A stretch of DNA of 64,000 bases from Lepidodermella squamata (lineage: Eukaryota > Animalia > Gastrotricha): contig JBLDXI010000042.1 in assembly GCA_047495785.1 (NCBI GenBank), positions 1,488,001 to 1,552,000 of the forward strand. The letters are read 5' to 3'. The position numbers were made by a program, and so were the translations under genes. The notes beneath the pieces are model-generated. The model was not told where the DNA came from, made no database searches, and saw only the letters and a list, made by a program, of their open reading frames with translations. Numbering within the stretch: the first letter of the stretch is position 1; each line of letters opens with the position of its first letter. Below are positions 25,012 to 35,606 of this stretch, in pieces.

Positions 25012-26276
25012 ATGAATGACAACAGCGATGATATGCCATTGGATTTTTCTAAGAAGACTGCTTCGAAGCCTGTCATCCTTTCGATTAAATCAACAGCGCC
25101 ACCATTGAATCCTGTACCAGCTTTACCTCGTCTACCCCCGAATTTCGCCCCGAACCAGGTTCCTGCGTTCTACTTCCAGCCAAACTTCCGGCCTAACTTC
25201 ACCCATAATTTGCAAAATGTCAGGATTATTGGGCCATACAGCGGCAATAATTATCCGATAATCGAAAATCAACCTCGTATTATTGGGACAATTCCACAAG
25301 AGGCTTTAATAGCTAATGTAAGTGGGTTTTAATTTTTAATTCTAAATCTAAAACTTGAATTTTAATTTAATGTGCCTAGGCTCCGGTTGAAAATGTCTAT
25401 CCTGCTGCAGGAGGAATTGCGAAAAAATCAGTGAGTTCAATTTTGAATATTGTTCCATAATTCCCATTCTGGAGAAAAGGTTGAGATAGCAATAGCGCTG
25501 GAGTTAAAATTAAGATTCGGATTAGAGTTGAGAATAAGGTAGGTTAGGTTTAGGTTTAGGTTTAGGGTTAGGGATCAGGTTCGGAGTGAGCTGGACTTGG
25601 GGTTAGGCTTAGACTCAAATTGCACGAGGACCAAAAATTGGGGAAAATTATTCTAGTTGGCTGGAATCCTTATAGAAGGTTCCTTGTGCGCCTCGAATTC
25701 TCGAACCTGATTTACTAATTTTACTCATCTTTTCAGAAATTCGGCTTTGTATGTGAGTACTGTCCCAACCCAAGGGCTTACTCCTCGCAAGGCGGCCTGC
25801 GAAATCACGTGACCAAGTTCCACAGCGATCAAATGCCTTATGCCTGCTCGATATGTTCGAGGCGATATGAAACGCCCCAAACACTGAGACGGCACACTCT
25901 ACGGCATGAAGTCTCCGCCCTTAGCAACGGCAATAATTTCAGTCAAGGCCCAACAGCTGAGCCGATCGACAGCCCGTTACCGCTGTATTCCACCAGCGAA
26001 TACCCGTCTCAGTTTGTGTTCCCAGATCGAGCTGCGTCCTCGGCATCTTTCGACCGTGAAGCTTCAGTCACGCCGTATCGACAAATGGAAACGCCCGTTG
26101 AATCAGCTCAAGATCAGGCAAATGTCGCTTGTTCAATGTGTGGAACGAGTTTTGATACCGAAGACATGTTGCGACTTCACGTTATCACCTTCCACGCTGT
26201 TCTGGAGGGCAATGATGACTACGACGTCTACTCGGAGGCTAATAACGAAATGGCTAATTTGATTGACAAAGTTTGA
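25012..26276 (+). CDS. C2H2 zinc-finger protein (3 fingers) with N-terminal PLDFS CtBP-binding-like motif
   Basis: Exons 25012 (or upstream in-frame ATG 24967/24994)-25317, 25380-25430, 25737-26276, all phase 0. FVCEYCPNPRAYSSQGGLRNHVTKFH, YACSICSRRYETPQTLRRHTLRH, CSMCGTSFDTEDMLRLHVITFH. Confidence 0.85.
25540..25573 (+). repeat. Short telomere-like TTAGG/TTTAGG/TTAGGG tract in an intron
   Basis: taggttaggtttaggtttaggtttagggttaggg. Confidence 0.6.
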
Positions 26277-27763
26277 TTGATTTTCCGTCTAGAATTCATA
26301 ACAGTTTGCGTTTGATAATTCAAGTCCTTGTATGTTGCATTGTAATGTGAGAATTAGCTAATAAAAGTGGTGATTCACGTCGTCAGTTCAATTTTTGACC
26401 TAGGTTTGACCCAGCGAGAAAAAAATAATTAATTAAATGGAAGCACGCGTAAAACAATCAATTAATTAGCGATGAAGCCTGGAAAGCGACAGAACCAAAT
26501 TCAATTTTGTAGCATTGTTCGATATCCCATTATTTGTGTGATAAATTCTCGTTTTCCGTCTTGTGTCGAATTTTCGATTTTTCTATCATTTTATACAGAT
26601 TCTTGAACAATCGCATTTCTTGGCAGCCGGTGTCAATTTCACTAGTGCTGTCACGTGACAGCCTGTTGTTGTCAGTTTTGGAAAAAATCAGACGATTGTA
26701 GTTGTACGTCGCAGTAGCACGTGCGAATAATTTTGTTATTTTCAAACAATTTCTTACGACTCATTCATACTAGCGGCGTTCTTGTTGTTTTCATGGCTGT
26801 TATATACTTTTCATAACACAGCCTTATAGTTCATCAATGCGTCAACTGCCAGCTGATTCATCATCTGCATGAGTAATATCAATATGGAATCGACGAATGA
26901 GGTGGCTGAAGTTGATATTTAATTTCCGTCGCCTCGCAGCCTGACTGTGAATCAGCTGGCTATATGGCGCTCCAGTATCATGTTTTCTTTCTTCTTTATC
27001 CTCATCAACAAACATTGCATTGGTGAATCCTCCTTAATTCTTCCATAAATGATGAAAAAAATGTCCCTACAAAATTAGCTCCTCTCCTAAATATTTCTTC
27101 AGTTGCTGCCAACTTGCAGATCCCCGCTTCCCCTAGAAAAGTGAGCGAGGAGAAATTTTTTGCCCAAATTGAGTTATGAGCTCCTCAATTTTTGGTGTGA
27201 AAAGCTAGAAAAGCTGACCAACAAGTTGATCCATTGGTTGAAAATCAGAGGCCGAGCCAGAGCGCCTGATGGGAGGACTGTTTAGTGCGTTTATCCTGCT
27301 TTAAAGACATCTGCTTTGAAGGGGGTCCACAGTGCGTGATTTTTGACCTCGGCGTCTCACCAAACTTAAAATCAGCTAGAAATCACGCGGCAGGAACATG
27401 TTTATTAACCGTTGCGCCAACAAGCGAATACTAGGTGATGCCACGTAGCAATCGCGTGCCCATCCGCTCTATTTTTATCGCGTCTTTTTATGTAAAAACA
27501 GTGCGTGAATTTTTTGGTAAACTATCACGCACTCCATGCGCATTCGATTGACGCCAGGTCGATTGTATACGGACAAAACAAAACCAGGCCTGTTATTTTC
27601 CGAGAAAGTAAACAATCTTGATAATTCTAAACTGTTCCTTCTAAAAATCAACAATATATAAAATTTTCAGGCAAGAACCAGAACATCAATTATAATTTTG
27701 AAATAGGTTGTTTGTCCCATGGTCAGTAAACTTTGGAGTGTTTATTGCAAGAGTTAATTTAAA

Positions 27764-28062
27764 ATGGATATCAGTCATTCGTCGCCGTTGGATTTAAGGC
27801 GAAAGAATTCTACAAAGGCAACAATTATTTCGATTACTACGATAGCTCCATGGGCTCTCGATGTAAAATTTCCGAACCCAGCACCAGATCGACTTACAAC
27901 TTTCAAACCGATTTCCAGATTTAAATTCCCATTCCAATCGTCGACTTCCAGTTACAGAAGATTCTTCGCCGTTACCGGTAAAACTTGATTCTCATAGCTT
28001 GGTATCATTTCTTATCTTTAATTTGTTTAGGATAATCCTTTTTTCCCTCTTGCGATGCAAAT
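27764..28062 (+). pseudogene. Frameshifted, truncated copy of the zinc-finger gene at 29918
   Basis: Near-identical exon 1 (PLDLRRKNSTKATIISITT) with a +1 indel near 27955. Homology stops at ~28062 at a repeat, and the fingers are absent. Confidence 0.8.
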
Positions 28063-28224
28063 TTGAAGATCATTTTTAGAGGTTTAGGAGCGTGTTTCAG
28101 TTGGAAATCTTCCACATTTTCTCGCTTCGCTCGCTTTTGTGTTAAAATGAATAGTAATTTCCACAAATACAGCAACACATTTTTTTCCATCTATGGCAGC
28201 TCCGAGATCCAAGATCGCACCCTG
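28063..28224 (+). mobile_element. Dispersed repeat fragment with an hAT-MITE-like end
   Basis: gtttcagt(t)ggaaatctt..ttttctcgcttcgctcg..gatc(c/g)aagatcgcaccctg is also at ~52433-52556; the end is partly at ~35313-35340. Confidence 0.6.
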
Positions 28225-28413
28225 AATTTGAGGCACACGTCAAACAATTAATGACGTTTAATAACGAAACAGCCTGGAGAGCAAAAGAACCAAATTAAAT
28301 TTCTTAGTATTAATCGACACCAATCATTTTGTTGGGATAAATTCTCGTCTTCTGTCCTCAACAGCATCGATCATAGGTCAACATCAGCGAAATTTTCAAT
28401 TTCAATACAGTTG

Positions 28414-28870
28414 CACTGTAAAAATCTGAGGCTATATAGCCTCTAAAATGCTCACGTATATACCCAGTGATCCGACTAAGTCCAGCTCTGAAGGTTTCAA
28501 AATCAAAATCGAGCATTTTGAGCCCAAAATTTGCAAATCAACTGGGGGGACCCTTACGTTTTTCAGAAATTTTTGGACGCCAGGGGGTTCTCCCCCGTTC
28601 TCGGAACACTGTATATACCCCTATAGGACCTCCTATTTAAAAAAACTGTTCCTCCCGCCATAGAGCGAAGTTGGACCTCGGAACTGGTAGGGACTAAAAA
28701 AATCGGCATAAGGGTCCTCCTTTTGGTCTGTGATTGAGCCCACCGTACGGACCGCCGAAACTGGTAGGGATCATCCCTACCATCCCTAGCGATACTTCGC
28801 TCTCTGCCTACAGCTAAATAGCCACTGTGCTAAATACTAACGTCTGCATAGCAACAGTTTTTATACAGTG
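28414..28870. mobile_element. Non-autonomous CACTA/CMC-like DNA element
   Basis: Termini cactgtaaaaatctg..gctat / atagcaacagtttttatacagtg with a 2-bp TG flank on each side. Present in duplication unit 2, absent from unit 1. Confidence 0.6.
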
Positions 28871-29917
28871 TGGATTATCGAACATTCACGCCTTTGGTGC
28901 TGTCACGTGACAGCCTGTTGTTGTCCCATTTGGAAAAAAAATCAGACGATTGTATTTGTACGTCGTAGTAGCACGTGTGGGTGATTTTGTTTTTATTGCA
29001 GACAATTTATCGCTGTTTCTGTCATTTATTTTTCTATTTGTTTATTTGCCGCGGTCATGTTGTTGTTACTGCGCTTATACTTTTAATTAAATAGCCTTAG
29101 CGTGGTATATCAATGCGCCAATTGCCAGCTGATTAATCATCTGCCAGTAGTAGTGATCGTAGTAATATAAATTCGGACGCGACGAATGAGGTGACTGAAA
29201 TTTATATTTATCATCCCCGGTCTCAAGCCAACATGATGAATCAGCTGGCTTTGGGTCCCCCAGCCTCATGTTTTGTTTTCAGTAGATCAACCCCAGATAC
29301 TTATATCCACCTATTATACCTATTATGGGTAGAAATGAAGGATTCTTCTTAATACTTGGTACTTTTTAATGAGCTCCGCGAAATTTAATGAAAATTTACA
29401 TTTGGACATTTATCTCGTGTTCTCGTGTTCAACCTAAAATTTACTTAACTATAAATATTTTGTATAATTTGAGCAACTAATAGGAATTTGTTTTCATTTT
29501 CTTTTTTTAGTCTCATCAGGCTTGATGGTGCGTGATTTTTGACCTCGGTGTCTCACCAGGTTTTGGGTGCTTAAAATCACGCAACGGAAAAATGTTTGTT
29601 AATGGTATGTTTATTAGCCGCTGCGCCAACAAGCGAATATTAGGTGATGCCACGTAGCAATCGCGTGCCCAGCCGGTCTATTTATATCTCTTCCTGTTTA
29701 TGTTATGGTAGTGCGTGAATTTTTTGTTAAACGCACTCAACATTTTTCAATCTGCATTATACGATTTGATGCCAGTTAGATTTATACTTTATACGGACAA
29801 ACAAAAATCAAGCATCTCTTTAATTATTTTTATTTACTTATTTTTTTACGAGAAAGAAAACAGACCGAAAATTATAAAAATATTGATTCTTTCCACTCTA
29901 GGAATACATTTTTAGCT

Positions 29918-30587
29918 ATGGATATATGTGGTTCGACACCGCTGGATTTAAGGCGGAAGAATTCTACAAAGGCAACAATTATTTCGATAACTACGATAGC
30001 TCCATGGGCTCTCGATGTAAAATTTCCGAATCCAGCGCCAGATCGACTTTCAGCTTTCAAACCGATTTCCAGATTTCAATTCCCATTCCAATCGCCGGCT
30101 TTCAATTATGAAGATTCTCCGGCGTTACCGGTAAAATTTGATTCTCTTGGTGATTCGCATATATCATTCTTACCTTTAATTTTTCTAGACTAATTCTTTT
30201 TCTCCCCCTTGCGATGCAAATTCGGAGGTACCGCTTAATTTCGTTTCTCCAAATAGCGAAGATTTTCAACAAATAAAATTCGTTTGCGAGCTTTGTCCTA
30301 ATCGAAAGGTATATACATCACGCAGCGGTTTCCGGCATCACGTCAGAACGCGCCATGTTGAGAAATTCACCGTCACCTGCTTCACCTGTTCGAAGCGGTT
30401 CAACAACGCGTCTCAACTTAACAATCACGCTTTTGAACACAAAATCCGAACATCGAACTCGACTAAGCGGCGGACGACAGCTTCTCAGTTGAACACTTCG
30501 CCTAAAGGTTCTCTTAACTCTGAGATTTCTTCCCCAGGTCGAGTTTCTCTCATCTCATCCTATGATGAATTCATTAAGGTGGATTAA
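29918..30587 (+). CDS. C2H2 zinc-finger protein (2 fingers) with PLDL motif; paralog of the 25012 gene
   Basis: Exon 1 29918-30130 and exon 2 30189-30587 (phase 0; not in the ORF track): FVCELCPNRKVYTSRSGFRHHVRTRH...VTCFTCSKRFNNASQLNNHAFEH. Confidence 0.8.
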
Positions 30588-30789
30588 AGCAAATTGACAG
30601 ATTTATTTTGTGGTTCAAATTTGTTGTAAGAACTTATATTCACAGGTCTGTGGAATGAAAAAATAAAGGTTTCTTGCTTACACTTTTTCCGTGTTTCATT
30701 TGCTAAACTTGCTAATTCTCGACACATCGGCTGAAAAATAGGGGGAATTTCATACTTTCATCAAACTAAAATATTAAATTACCCAAACA

Positions 30790-31005
30790 TTATCAATGAA
30801 TAATTTGATTTTTTATCTTTTTACGCCTCAAATAAAGCTCTCAGCTAAGTAGGAATAATTTACTGGTCCGTTATCACCCATTGATACCGGAGCCGCAGGA
30901 TTTTGACCCGTTTCCCTCGAGATAATTAGATAAAGCTAACTGGCATTCTTATCTCAGCTATTACGGCTCACTATCTCTTCCGAGGCCCTATCCGGTCCAA
31001 GATAA
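30790..31005. promoter_or_regulatory. Cluster of 8 WGATAR (GATA-factor) motifs upstream of the carboxypeptidase
   Basis: Sites at ~30790, 30813, 30871, 30920, 30928, 30949, 30971 and 31000, within ~280 bp of the ATG. Confidence 0.45.
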
Positions 31006-31067
31006 GGAATAAATACAGCTCTCAGCAATTCCATAACGCCAGTCCAGTCTTCTCAGTTCACGGAATT

Positions 31068-32513
31068 ATGAAGTCTTTCGTCGCTCTAGCTCTTTTTGCC
31101 CTCGTTGCCTGTAATGTGGACGCCCTTCACCGCAGGAAGGCCGAGCCACGTCTCACCCCTCAGGGTGCGGAGAAAGCTCGCGTTAAGGACGACCCAGGCC
31201 AGACCCTCTTCCTAACGCCCTACATCAAGAGCGGCCAGCTCGCCCAGGCTAGAGCATTGTCTGTCGTTGAGCCGCTTATCCCCAACTACTCTGGAAATGC
31301 CGGATACATCACTGTCGATGATGCCACTGGATCGAACATGTTCTTCTGGATGGTGCGAACCCCGAAGAATAACGGAAGCGCCCCGCTTCTTTTGTGGCTC
31401 CAGGGTGGACCAGGCGCCTCGTCGATGTTCGGCCTTTTCGTAGAGAACGGCCCGTTCAAAGTCGACGCGAACATGAACGTCTCGCCGCGAGATATCCACT
31501 GGACAAAGGATTACAACATGATTTTCATCGACAACCCAGTCGGCACCGGGTTCTCGTTCACGCAAAGCGAAGCTGGTTACCGGGTCGACGAGGACGGCGT
31601 CGCTGATCACCTGTACAAGTTCTTCCAGCAATTCTACACGCTGTACACCGACCTTCAAAGCCAGCCTTTCTACGTATCTGGCGAGTCATATGCTGGCAAA
31701 TACGTCCCGGCTTTGGCGGCGAAGTTGGCTCAAATGGAGCAGATCAACAAGGTGTTGGGCCGAGCTTCACCCATCCCGAAATTGGCGGGAGTTTTGGTTG
31801 GAAACGGGCTGTCGGACCCGCAGACCATGCTGGCCCCTAATGCAGATCATTTGTACAGCTTGGGTCTTTTGGACGAGGAACAGCGCGAATATTTCCAACA
31901 GCAAACCGATCTAGCTGTTGATTATATGAAGAATCAAAACTACGCCGCTGCGTTCCAGATTTTCGACTATTTAATCAACGCCGATTTCTACCCGTACCCC
32001 TCGTACTTTGCCAATGCTTCGGGTTGTACCGATTACTTCAACTTCCTGCTGTGTAGACAAGCCCCGCCAGAGTTCAACTACTACGTCCCGTTTTTGCAGC
32101 TCAACTCAACTCGAAAGGCTATTCATGTAGGCAATCAGCCTTATGCTGATCAATCTTCGGTTGTTGAGAAGCATTTGATCAATGGCGATATCATGAATTC
32201 AGTCCGAGATAGGGTTGAGTACCTTTTGACCCAGACCAGCATTCCTATCCTGTACTACTCCGGTAATTTGGACCTGATTGTCCCAACAATGGGTACTGAC
32301 AACTTTTTGCGGTCGCTGAACTGGCCGTTTTCTGAGCAGTGGCTTCATGCGAATCGAACAATCTGGGCCGATTCTGATAATGAGGCGTTTGCTTACTCGA
32401 CCACTGTTCAAACGCTGTCGTTCGCCATCATCCGCAATGCTGGCCACATGGTGCCGTACGACCAGCCGGAGAGTGCTTACCTCATGGTTCGCAAATTTAT
32501 CAGCGGAATTTGA
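31068..32513 (+). CDS. CPVL-like: Serine carboxypeptidase S10 (CPVL/vitellogenic-like), intronless
   Basis: Signal peptide; LWLQGGPGASS, FIDNPVGTGFSF, GESYAGKY (Ser), GNLDLIV (Asp), NAGHMVPYDQP (His). Confidence 0.95.
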   Translation: MKSFVALALFALVACNVDALHRRKAEPRLTPQGAEKARVKDDPGQTLFLTPYIKSGQLAQARALSVVEPLIPNYSGNAGYITVDDATGSNMFFWMVRTPKNNGSAPLLLWLQGGPGASSMFGLFVENGPFKVDANMNVSPRDIHWTKDYNMIFIDNPVGTGFSFTQSEAGYRVDEDGVADHLYKFFQQFYTLYTDLQSQPFYVSGESYAGKYVPALAAKLAQMEQINKVLGRASPIPKLAGVLVGNGLSDPQTMLAPNADHLYSLGLLDEEQREYFQQQTDLAVDYMKNQNYAAAFQIFDYLINADFYPYPSYFANASGCTDYFNFLLCRQAPPEFNYYVPFLQLNSTRKAIHVGNQPYADQSSVVEKHLINGDIMNSVRDRVEYLLTQTSIPILYYSGNLDLIVPTMGTDNFLRSLNWPFSEQWLHANRTIWADSDNEAFAYSTTVQTLSFAIIRNAGHMVPYDQPESAYLMVRKFISGI

Positions 32514-32923
32514 AATGATACCGAATAGAGGAAGAACACAAGTACATTCATCGTGTTTGATTTTATTGGAAATTAATGTGCTGAAATAAATTGAATAATT
32601 TGAATGCGACTTAATTTGTACAGTGTGTAATTTTTCTTTCGACTTTCGATGTAAAAACCTCAGATAAAGTGTGTCCAAGAAATGTAGGTTGAAGTACAGT
32701 GTGTCCGTCAAATAATATGAGCCTATATATAGCCTTTTAATTGCGTCTGTTCACGAGTCGTGCATGAGGCAAAAAAAATGCAGCACTGAATGATAGTAAA
32801 GCTGTTGTTGCTTCTTGCTGGAATAATATCAATTGTTGCTTCACCAAAGTTTGTATTATTCAATCAAAATAAAGAGTATTTTTCAGAACGAAAGAATTTG
32901 CCTCAAGATATTGTAGTCAAAAA

Positions 32924-34165
32924 ATGAGCCTCCAAAAGTATAGGTATAATAAGGTCCAACGCGCAAAAATGGTGACGTTATATTTGGAAAATAATCGAAA
33001 TGCCGCAGCAGCCGCGCTGGCCCATCGAACGCAATATAAATCAAAATGCGTTGACCAAACAGTTGCTCGACAGTGGGATAAACACGATACCTTTGGTTTG
33101 TCAAGTTTTCAAACGCCATTTTTCCTTTAATGCGTGATGTATTTAGGTGATTTGAGTGATAAAAAAGCTCCCGGAAGAGCGCGCTCAGTTCGCTCCGACG
33201 CTTTTGACACGAAAGTTTTGATTTTCTTCGAAGAAAATCCGACTCAATCTTGCCGGGGTGCAGCTCGACAATTGGCATGTGGGAAAACGACAATAAACGA
33301 TATACTGCACGAGTATAATTATCACCCTTACAAAATGCAACCTGCACAGAGATTGCTGCCTGCTGATTATGCAAAACGAGTTTTATTTTGTTCCGGCATG
33401 ATAGCGAAAGGCGAGCAATTGGATGAGTTTTTGAAGAACGTTTTAGTTGGAGACGAAGCGCAGTTCAGAACAGATGGTTTTGTGAATCACCAAAACTGCA
33501 GGTAAAAATTAAAAGTAATTTTTTAAATAATTAATTAGCGGTCAATTGAGGTTTTGGTCGCGATCTAACCCTGGGTTCACACAACCGGTGAAGGATCAAG
33601 ACGCAGAACGGGTCATGGTTTGGTGCGGCATTCTGGGCGACCAGGTGATCGGGCCTTACTTTTTTGATGACACAGTGACCGGGGTAGCTTACTTGCAAAT
33701 GCTTGAATCTTACGTTTGGCCTATGATAAGCGCTCGAGCTGATGAAACTTGGTTCATGCAGGACGGGGCGCCGTCGCATTTTTCATGGCAAGTTCGGGAC
33801 TGGTTGTCCGAAAAGTTCGATGATCGCTGGATAGGGAGAGGTCAAGCAGGAACGCAGGCCTGGCCCCCTCGCTCTCCAGATTTAACTGTAAGTAAATGGC
33901 CCTTCATGATATGATTCTATTAAAATTGTTTTACTAGCCATTGGACTTCTTCCTGTGGGAATATGTTAAATTTAATGTTTACAATGGCTCGCCAATTCGA
34001 TCGCTTGGCGAGCTGAAACAGCGCATCGTTGAGGCAGTTGGAAAGATAACTCCGCAAATGCTCGGTAATGTCCGCAAAAATTGGAGGAAGCGCCTTCGCC
34101 TTTGCGTTTCTCAAGAAGGAAAACATTTTGAACACATTCCTAGGTCGCAATGGAAACTGCTGTAG
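32924..34165 (+). CDS. Tc1/mariner transposase, 4 exons, ~363 aa, DD43D spacing
   Basis: Exons 32924-33095, 33147-33501, 33551 (or in-frame 33539)-33887, 33938-34165 splice into one frame. GDEAQF, VMVWCGI..IGPYFF, FMQDGAPSH, RWIGRG..WPPRSPDLT|PLDFFLW. Confidence 0.9.
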
Positions 34166-34261
34166 TTGCTTTTATTGCATTTGTTGCATTTGTTGCATTT
34201 CATGCTTTAACAGCAATTATAAAAATTAAGACGTGCATTTTTAGGCAGTTTTCTTTAAAAA

Positions 34262-34803
34262 ATGACTCGCGGCCGCGGAAAAGCCAAGACGACGAGCAAG
34301 TCGGTAGGAAAAACGTCAAAAATTATTAGTAAAAAGCTTCCACCGATGAAACCAGCAATAGCGGATCCTGTTAAAGCAATGGAGTTGCGTAAGTTCCTAG
34401 AATGAACAATTGATTTTGAAACATTCACGATTTTGCAGTTGGTCCGGCTGGGAAATGGGGCCCGGAAGAAGAATTGCGATTGGAGCCCTTCCTGGTTAGT
34501 TCTTTACGGGCAGGCGCCTACCCTACCTCAAGACGACTGCGTATCTACTCGACAGCGTATGATACAAATTTTTTGGCAAATTTTCCTGGGCGCACTTTTG
34601 ACGAGATATGGCAGAAGGCGCAGCGGGCGTACACAAAAAAAAAGAACACTGAATTCAAAGATGAAATGGTCAAAGCGGCAATGGCCGATTTCAAGAAGTC
34701 ACAAAAAACGAAAAAGCCTGAAGATGAAGGGGGCGAAGATGATGATGACGAAGATGAAGGCGAGGAAGAGGAAGAGGAAGAAGATGAAACTGAACAAAAA
34801 TAA
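34262..34803 (+). CDS. Transposon-internal second gene: basic N-terminus, Myb/SANT-like domain, poly-acidic tail (163 aa)
   Basis: Exons 34262-34388 and 34439-34803 (50-nt GTAAGT..TTGCAG intron, phase 1). KWGPEEELRL...FPGRTFDEIWQKAQR; C-terminal EDEGGEDDDDEDEGEEEEEEEDETEQK; AATAAA at ~34873. Confidence 0.75.
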
Positions 34804-35606
34804 TGATGATAAGGATTGTTAATGTTAAATTTTGTTAAATGATGATAATAATTGAAGGCGCGGGTCGTTGCGAATAAATAGAAGCCTTTCTCATCTTTTT
34901 TTCAATATCACCTGAAATAATTGAAACGTAACAAGTTCAATCATTAGCACGAGCCAATGCAGACAAATTTTAGCAAGCAGTAGTAAATATGGCTTATGTA
35001 GTTATGGACGCATTATTTTTTACATCTAGTGAAAAAAATGGAGCGCTTGGTTTGGCACGCGCCACGCTAGGCGTTGCTTTCACACTATAAATAGCCTCAT
35101 ATTATTTGACGGACACACTGTAGTTCACCTGCCATTTCATCAATTCGGGGAACATTCGTTCCACGAGGCTACATTCGTTCGAAAGAGGACTCGTGTGAGA
35201 ACTGGCTAACTTAGAGCGCGAAGTTTGAAAGTCACTCGCACTAATAGTTTTACTGGTTTGGTAGTTGCAGTTGGCACACCCAAACAAACACAGCAAAAGT
35301 ATTTTCCATCCCTGGCAGCTCCAGGATCCAAGATCGCATCATGGCTTATTGTAAAATTGTAAAGGAGCAATGAGGAATGAAGCATGATTTTTTATTTTAC
35401 ACATGAGTTTTGAACAGCCCTTAATCAGAATTCAATTCTGAGGCCAGACCTTCAACCGGAATCCAAAAATCAAACCGCAACGCGGCGTTCTAATCTGTAT
35501 GTGCCCTCATATTTTATTGCTCTTCAACTTCGCAACATACATGTTTGTCATCAAATATGACTATAATCGTCTTCGCATTCCAGTCAATGAAGAATCAACC
35601 CGCATA

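Larger units (their letters stand above)
26440..30222 (+). repeat. Tandem segmental duplication (unit 1 ~26440-28062, unit 2 ~28245-30222)
   Basis: Collinear blocks: 26646-26730 vs 28897-28985, 27332-27520 vs 29529-29730, 27764-28062 vs 29918-30222. Confidence 0.85.
32697..35120 (+). mobile_element. Complete Tc1/mariner element (DD41D/rosa-like) with two internal genes
   Basis: Perfect 25-bp TIRs cagtgtgtccgtcaaataatatgag / ctcatattatttgacggacacactg, with TA on both sides (32695-96, 35121-22). Confidence 0.95.

Noticed and set aside
25540-25573. Possible telomere or chromosome-fusion scar
   Set aside because: Only ~6 mixed units inside an intron, with no inverted array; kept as a simple repeat.
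34433-34822. 129-aa K/M-rich ORF inside the mariner element
   Set aside because: It is an alternate frame of the acidic-tail exon, and the splice phase from exon 34262-34388 selects the other frame.
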